64,000 bases of DNA from Podarcis tiliguerta. Taxonomy: Eukaryota. The stretch is from the NCBI GenBank assembly GCA_965153285.1, contig OZ229125.1, one strand, 5' to 3'. Of the stretch, positions 14,563 through 64,000 are shown piece by piece. Positions within the stretch are counted from its first letter, which is position 1. Every line of letters starts with the position of its first letter. Below the pieces are notes generated by a model, which was not told the DNA's origin, made no database searches, and saw nothing but the letters and a program-made list of their open reading frames with translations. The position numbers were made by a program, and so were the translations under genes.

Positions 14563-14600
14563 TGTGTGTGTGTGTGTGTGCGCACACACACACACACACA
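14563..14600. repeat. (TG)9-CG-(CA)9 perfect 38-bp palindrome
   Basis: Read directly. Confidence 0.95.
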
Positions 14601-15719
14601 CTTCCAGCTCCAGGGCCATGTAGCAAACTATTTTGAGATGCCTCTCAGTTTCTAAAGTGCTGGGCGGGGTGCGGTGGGTGGATCCCAATCTTCGTCTATT
14701 ATACCAACCTGTGGTGGTGTTGGTACTTTCACTTATGACATTTCATGAGTTCCTTTTGTGTCAAACATAACAACTTTGAAAATAAAACCCAGATATCATA
14801 GCAAAAACAGCAATCAACATTTTTTTAATACAAACAATAGCATTCCAAATAACATAGTAAAAACAAGAAAATGGCATTAACTTTGTTGTCTTGAGTGGAA
14901 AGCAAATTAAACAAACATTTCTGACAGCAAAATATAACCCAGGAAGTAGCTTGGTGGCTCTTACTCTACAAAGGACAGATAATTCTGTAGGCTATAGGCC
15001 ACTCCAGAGAAGGCCTGCTTCCTAAAATTTATACACCTCTTGATTTTGAGAAAACCTCTAAGTGGTTTTCAAAAAAGATAAAACAATAAAATTAGAAATA
15101 AAACAATAATCATACATGAGGCACAAATACCTTAGAAAATGTATATGTAGGAAATGCATATGTAGATAATTGTGGTTGATCTGAAAACATAATCCTGAGT
15201 CTTGTGGTACACAATCCACAGCTTGACAAGCTACAGTGGGCAGTGAGGGCAGTGTTCTGCTCCTGCAGTCAGCTTCTGACTTATGTTTGATGTAGGTTAG
15301 CAGAGCATCTGTTCTGCAGTTCAGTCTCGCTATGCAGCTCCATGCCTCCCTGCTTCTTGGTGTTCATCAGTCTCTTTCCCTGTCTGCCCTTTAGAATTTG
15401 CTGCTGTTATAGGTTCATCAATTTGAGCAGATGAAAGATGGGCCATGGAAGGCTTAGGTATGATTTTGGTACATAAATGGTGCAGTCAGAAAACTTTTCC
15501 TTTTCAGCCTACCCACCCCTTTTCCTCTTCACTGACAGAGATGGATAACAGAACCCTTAACAACAACAAAAAATTCCCTTCCTCCTCACGGCCTTCCTGT
15601 GGTCCACACATTAGACCTAGGCTTAAGCTAGCTATTGTCAACTTGCCATCTATCCAAAAACCTCTTTCCTAAAGGAAGAATATGTGAGTCAGTGTATAAA
15701 GTGTTAAGCTTTCCAGGTC

Positions 15720-16045
15720 CTAATGGACCATCAAAAGTCACCTCCATCCATATGAATCTACCTAACCCTTGAGATCTAGTGAGATTTTGCTATGCGTTTT
15801 CCTTGTCAGTGGAAGAACGGTGGGTAAATATGAGAGAATGGCCTATTCTTTGGTGGCACAGAGACAGTGGAATGTCCTGTCTGGCCTCATTGCCTCTAAC
15901 CTTTAAAAAATGATTAATATGTTTTCTGGCAGGCATTATCTGCTATACTGTTTTAATGCAGAGGTTTTACTGCTACTGTCTGTTGTAGACTGATTTGTTT
16001 TCTGTGATGGTTTTAAAATTGATTTTTGATACATTGTGTTATTCT
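15720..16045 (+). mobile_element. L2-like 3' remnant
   Basis: Degenerate ORF2 C-terminal-like sequence followed by a T-rich 3' UTR; boundaries approximate. Confidence 0.45.
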
Positions 16046-16049
16046 TATA

Positions 16050-16298
16050 CAGTGGTACCTTGGTTCTCAAACGTAATCCGTTCCGGAAGTCCATTCGACT
16101 TCTGAAATGTTCGGAAACCAAGGTGCAGGCACCCTAGAAACAATTGGTGCAGGCGCCCTAGAAACAATAGCCGACAGTCGCATCAGATGTTCGGCTTCCG
16201 AAAAGTGTTTGAAAACTGGAACACTTACTTCTGGGTTTTTGGCGTTCGGGAGCTGAAATGTTTGAGTACCAAGGCGTTCAAGAACCAAGGTTCCATTG
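16050..16298. mobile_element. Tc1/mariner-superfamily MITE (related TIR, different body)
   Basis: 24-bp TIR (20/24) CAGTGGTACCTTGGTTCTCAAACG, TA flanks, internal 24-bp tandem duplication at 16122-16169. Confidence 0.88.
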
Positions 16299-18998
16299 TA
16301 TACTACTTTGAATATATTGTTTATAAAATGGTGGAATTAAAAATGCTAAAAGTAAAACAGGATAGTTTGAAACTCAGTCACTTGCAGCACTTCCCACTCT
16401 GTTCTGTTTTTGTTAGCTTTTGCTGTTCAGTAACACACTATTCTGTAGCCCTTTGGCTTTTAAACTAATTTTATTAATTTTAAACGCATCAAAAAACCTT
16501 AATGAAGAATACCTGTTGGGGATTCTGAAAGAAACTGTGTTTCCTCTTTAAGTGTGAGAACTTATTTATAGATTAACAACAGAATATATTGCATGTCCTG
16601 CTAAAAGAAAATAACACTGTTAATATTGACTCAACAAATAAGCAAATTGAAGGCCCTTCAATGTGATGGGAGAATTGAGGTTTTAAGATGAATATGGATT
16701 TTAGCTATCTGGTCTTATTTTTAGAAGAGAAGCCATAGAAACATCACTTGAAAGTTGAACTCACTTTGGATACAGACTGGAAAGAAGTCATACTTTAGTT
16801 CCCTTTTGCATAAAATTGGGTGTAGGGAGGAGAAAAACGGCACATCTGTGTGGCCTGCATGAATCTTGTAGCCCTGAATTTCTGCTTTGCTCTCATTACC
16901 ACTGATAAATGGTGGATTTTTTAATTGGATATCAATGCTTCAGTTGATTAATCAGTAGATTAAGGTGTACATTCCTAAAAGATGCCTTACAGTAATTAAC
17001 TGCATCTTCTCAAGGGAAAGGCTAGTTGTCGGCTAACCTACACTTGACCTTGCTCTCAATTTAGATGAAAGCTTTGGGGACCAAAGTACAGTAGTAATTT
17101 CTGGGTGGAGTTGGAGCCACCCTGTACTGAGTTTCCGCCCTGTGTTCAAATCCAGCTGGCACTTGTCTGGATCGTACCAATTTGAGCTAAACATATTTGA
17201 ATTTTCTGTCATAGCTGCATTCTTTCTTTGCACTTCCTACAAAAATGTCTGGGCTTTTATGTTGGACTATGAGTTTTTAACCTTGGTCACAATGAGCCCA
17301 CCCCAGAAGTTGTGGAAGAATTGACTTGAGCTATGTAACATTGAAGGAAGACCATTCAATACCAGTGGGAACTGTGAACTTTGTCTCAGGCAGTGAATGG
17401 GCAGAGTAATAGAAAGGGCTGCAAAAACCTGTGCTGTGGTGTTGAGGTTCCAAGGGGTAGTTTTGCAAAGGTGGTGGTGTTGATCTGTTGGCTCCAGTGG
17501 TGGTCCATCGATGAGGAAAATATGCTTCCACTCAGACTATATTTCAAGGATCCAGGTTTTTCAAAGCCAAGATTTGTCAAGACAATTCAATCCCAAGACA
17601 GTATCAAGAGTTCAGGACCCAGGAAGAATTAGGTTGGCAGCTGGAGGAATTAAGATGTATTTCCAACCAAAATTTGTACAGCTATTCCTGATAATAGCAT
17701 CTTTTCCACAGACTTGTTTTTATGTTCTGAAAACTCTGCTGCACCATTGTCAGTACTGTTGACAAGGACTGCTTGTTGACAAGGAAGAATGGGGCAAATT
17801 CAAAATACCAGGAGAGAGTATATGCCTGCAGATTTAGTAATGACTGCATTATAATAATGAAAACAAGAGCAACCATAACTTTAGCATCCAGGCATGGGAA
17901 ACTTCCCTTCTAGTCTTGAGGTCAGAGATTCTGGGTTCCCTTAGGAGGAAGGTCAGAATAGAAATTGAATAAATAAAGTTCCTTTGCACAATATCCAAAT
18001 GACTTAAACATGAATTTATCCAGGAAATAAACCTGTGAAAACAAGCTTCCTGCTGGTGAGCAATTAAATCTCATGAAGTTTTGAAATGTTGTGATGACAT
18101 TTGTGTTCAAGTTCAGAACCCAGTTTCCTTCCTGTTCACGTGAGTTCTCTCCTTCTGTGTTGTGTGAGGTTGCATTTTAGACTCTCAAATTTGACCTCCA
18201 CTTTCCCTGTAGTCATCTGGGTCCTGAAGTAGCCACATGCAAATAACTTGATTAATTATCAATACTTTATGCGCAATACATCCAAACTAAATGTTGTACC
18301 ATATTTTAAACCTAGTATTACCATTTCAGAACCTCTAGGGTTAAGCAAGCGAGAAAGTTCTAAACAGACAAAAGGCTTATTATTGTAGAAATGTCAATAG
18401 TGCAACAAGAGCTTATCCTTTATATAACATTTCCAGCATGAATTCTTAGCTTCTGCTTACATTATCATATTAACTTTATAATCTTGACAAAATGGAAAGC
18501 TTTCTAGTACACATAGAAAGAGATGTGCATGTATGTGTTGAAAAAATGAAATGAAAAGGACTCATCCTCCTGGCAGGTGCCACTTGGAAATCTGTTTTCT
18601 GTGCCTCTTGGCATACTTGAAGCTAACAGTCTGTCTCACTCAAGTTTCAATCTGAGCCAAATGGATTCAGATTGCCTACATATGGAGAATTCATGGTAGG
18701 TAAAGGACAAAGTTTGTATCATTGCCCTGCCTCTTAAGCTGCCTTGTGTTCTGGAAGGCTGGAAGAGTATGCTGTTCTTGATCATTTTCTTGGTAGAAAT
18801 ATACAGTAAAATACTGATTTCAACAGCCTTGTTTGGGGAGCTGGAAGTGGAGAGGAGAGACTGTTCCAGCTGCTTTATAGTTCAAGAAAGGGTAAACCTT
18901 GTGTCCTTTCACAATGGGCAAATGTATTTATGTAAAAGTTTTTGTTTCAGGAATCCCTGATCTATAATCTATGTTTTTTATTTCATTTTACTTGACAG

Positions 18999-62655
<43,657 letters not shown>

Positions 62656-64000
62656 TGATGACAACACGGTGGTCCCTCCTGTGTCCTCATCACTCTGCTG
62701 CAATGCGGCATCACCTCTGTCCAAACCATCAGCCAAATCAGAGCTGTCCTGTGGTAACTTCACCCATGTTGCATTACTGTGTGTTGATCTGGTCTCGCCA
62801 GGGAGGGACCAGCCTCTGGTGCCAAGAGAGATGCTACATTTTTGTCTCCAGCCAAGGAGCCGCCCGCCAATTGCTTTCTCATATTTTTCTGCCACATCGT
62901 GTCATGGGTGTCCAGCCTCCATCTGTGCTGAGTGCATCCCATCACTCCTGGCGCACACTCCTTCTCTGAGCTGGCATGCCTGTGTCTTCCTGAAGAATGT
63001 GTTTGAGAACTTGTGGTCCACAAAACTTCGCCTTTAACAATATTGTTCTTTTTTTACATTTTAGCTTTTGCTGAGCCAACCGAGAGCTTTACTGAGCACC
63101 CACTCTCAAAGTTCTCCTTTTCAACCTCAGCCTTTCCAAAAGCACAAAGCTTGCAAAGCCCACATTGGCTATTGTGTTAGCAACCAAACTCAACCCCATC
63201 TGGTTCTTGCCATTAGTAGGCAAGGCCCTTTCTCCTGCCGCCAACCCATCCTGTGTCACGTTGCTAGGTCAAACATGCCAGGTTGGTGGAAGGAGCCTCA
63301 GCAATCTTGCGCGGTTGCCGCTCCTTGCAAAGATGAGGAGCAGAAAAGTCAGTTGTAGGGAGCTAGAAGCAGACACTTTTCTTGAACAGGCACACCCACT
63401 GCTCTCCCATGGCTGTGTCCCTTCACTCTTTCATGTTTGTACTGCTCTTTTCTTACACTTCCCCTCATCTCACCTTCAAAGTGTTTTTTAAAAGAACTTA
63501 GGTCACATGAGATACATTTCCATTTCTTTGTAAGACTCCACTTGCTAGAGTGGCATCACAGTGCAGTGAGAGGTGGGGGAGGTTGTCCACTATACTGAAG
63601 AGTTGAATAACTTCATTAGACAGCCTGTCCTGAAACTCACCCTGTTCATTTGTGTTTGGCAACAGTTCTGAGAGGTGTGTACTCCCAGCCACATGCCACA
63701 GTCAAGAGGAGAGGCTACACCTTGTTCCTCTGCCCTCTTTCTGGCTGCTGAGCCTGCCTTGTGGTATGATGCATCTCCGCACAAGGAGATACTTTGGGGG
63801 GAACTGCTCAGCCATCTGTGCAGTCAACTTGTCACAGCCATTTATAAGGCATCCCAGCAGCATTCCTTCCCTTTTGGCATTTCAGTTTTGGGGTTTTTAT
63901 TTGAAGTAGCCCCATGTTGCAGAGCCTCTGGGAACTCTATGTGCCATTCCAGAAGTAGCAGACTTTGCCAAGCATTCCTCTTCTGAGCGCTCGCCTTGGC
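62656..64000 (+). other. PACS1: PACS1 3' UTR (probably continues past the window end)
   Basis: Follows the stop codon; no AATAAA/ATTAAA noticed and no recognisable repeats to 64000. Confidence 0.7.

Overview
This is vertebrate genomic DNA, almost certainly squamate and probably a lacertid lizard (Sauria SINE, squamate-type tRNA SINEs, CR1/L2/RTE/Penelope remnants, TcMar and hAT MITEs). The window holds the + strand PACS1 gene from inside intron 1 into the 3' UTR. I mapped 23 coding exons (2-24, 18999..62655); all introns are GT-AG and phase-consistent, giving 2536 coding nt (844 aa after the split exon-1 codon). Exon 1 lies upstream of the window and no poly(A) signal is seen before the window ends. 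The standout object is a full-length, apparently intact 6967-bp L1-clade LINE (49300..56266) inserted in the SENSE orientation in intron 19. It has a perfect 17-bp target-site duplication, a ~1.8-kb CpG-headed 5' UTR, an ORF1 with an unusual Glu-rich tail and an open 1250-aa EN-RT-CCHC ORF2. It also carries a strong splice acceptor followed directly by a TGA in frame with PACS1 exon 19, and poly(A) signals between its ORFs, so it is a candidate natural gene trap. A decayed Penelope-type minimal hammerhead ribozyme lies in intron 15. Most short ORFs in the supplied track are noise. Nothing here proves a wholly new biological system; the L1/PACS1 interaction is the best lead and remains a hypothesis. 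Repeat family names come from motif recognition, not database searches.
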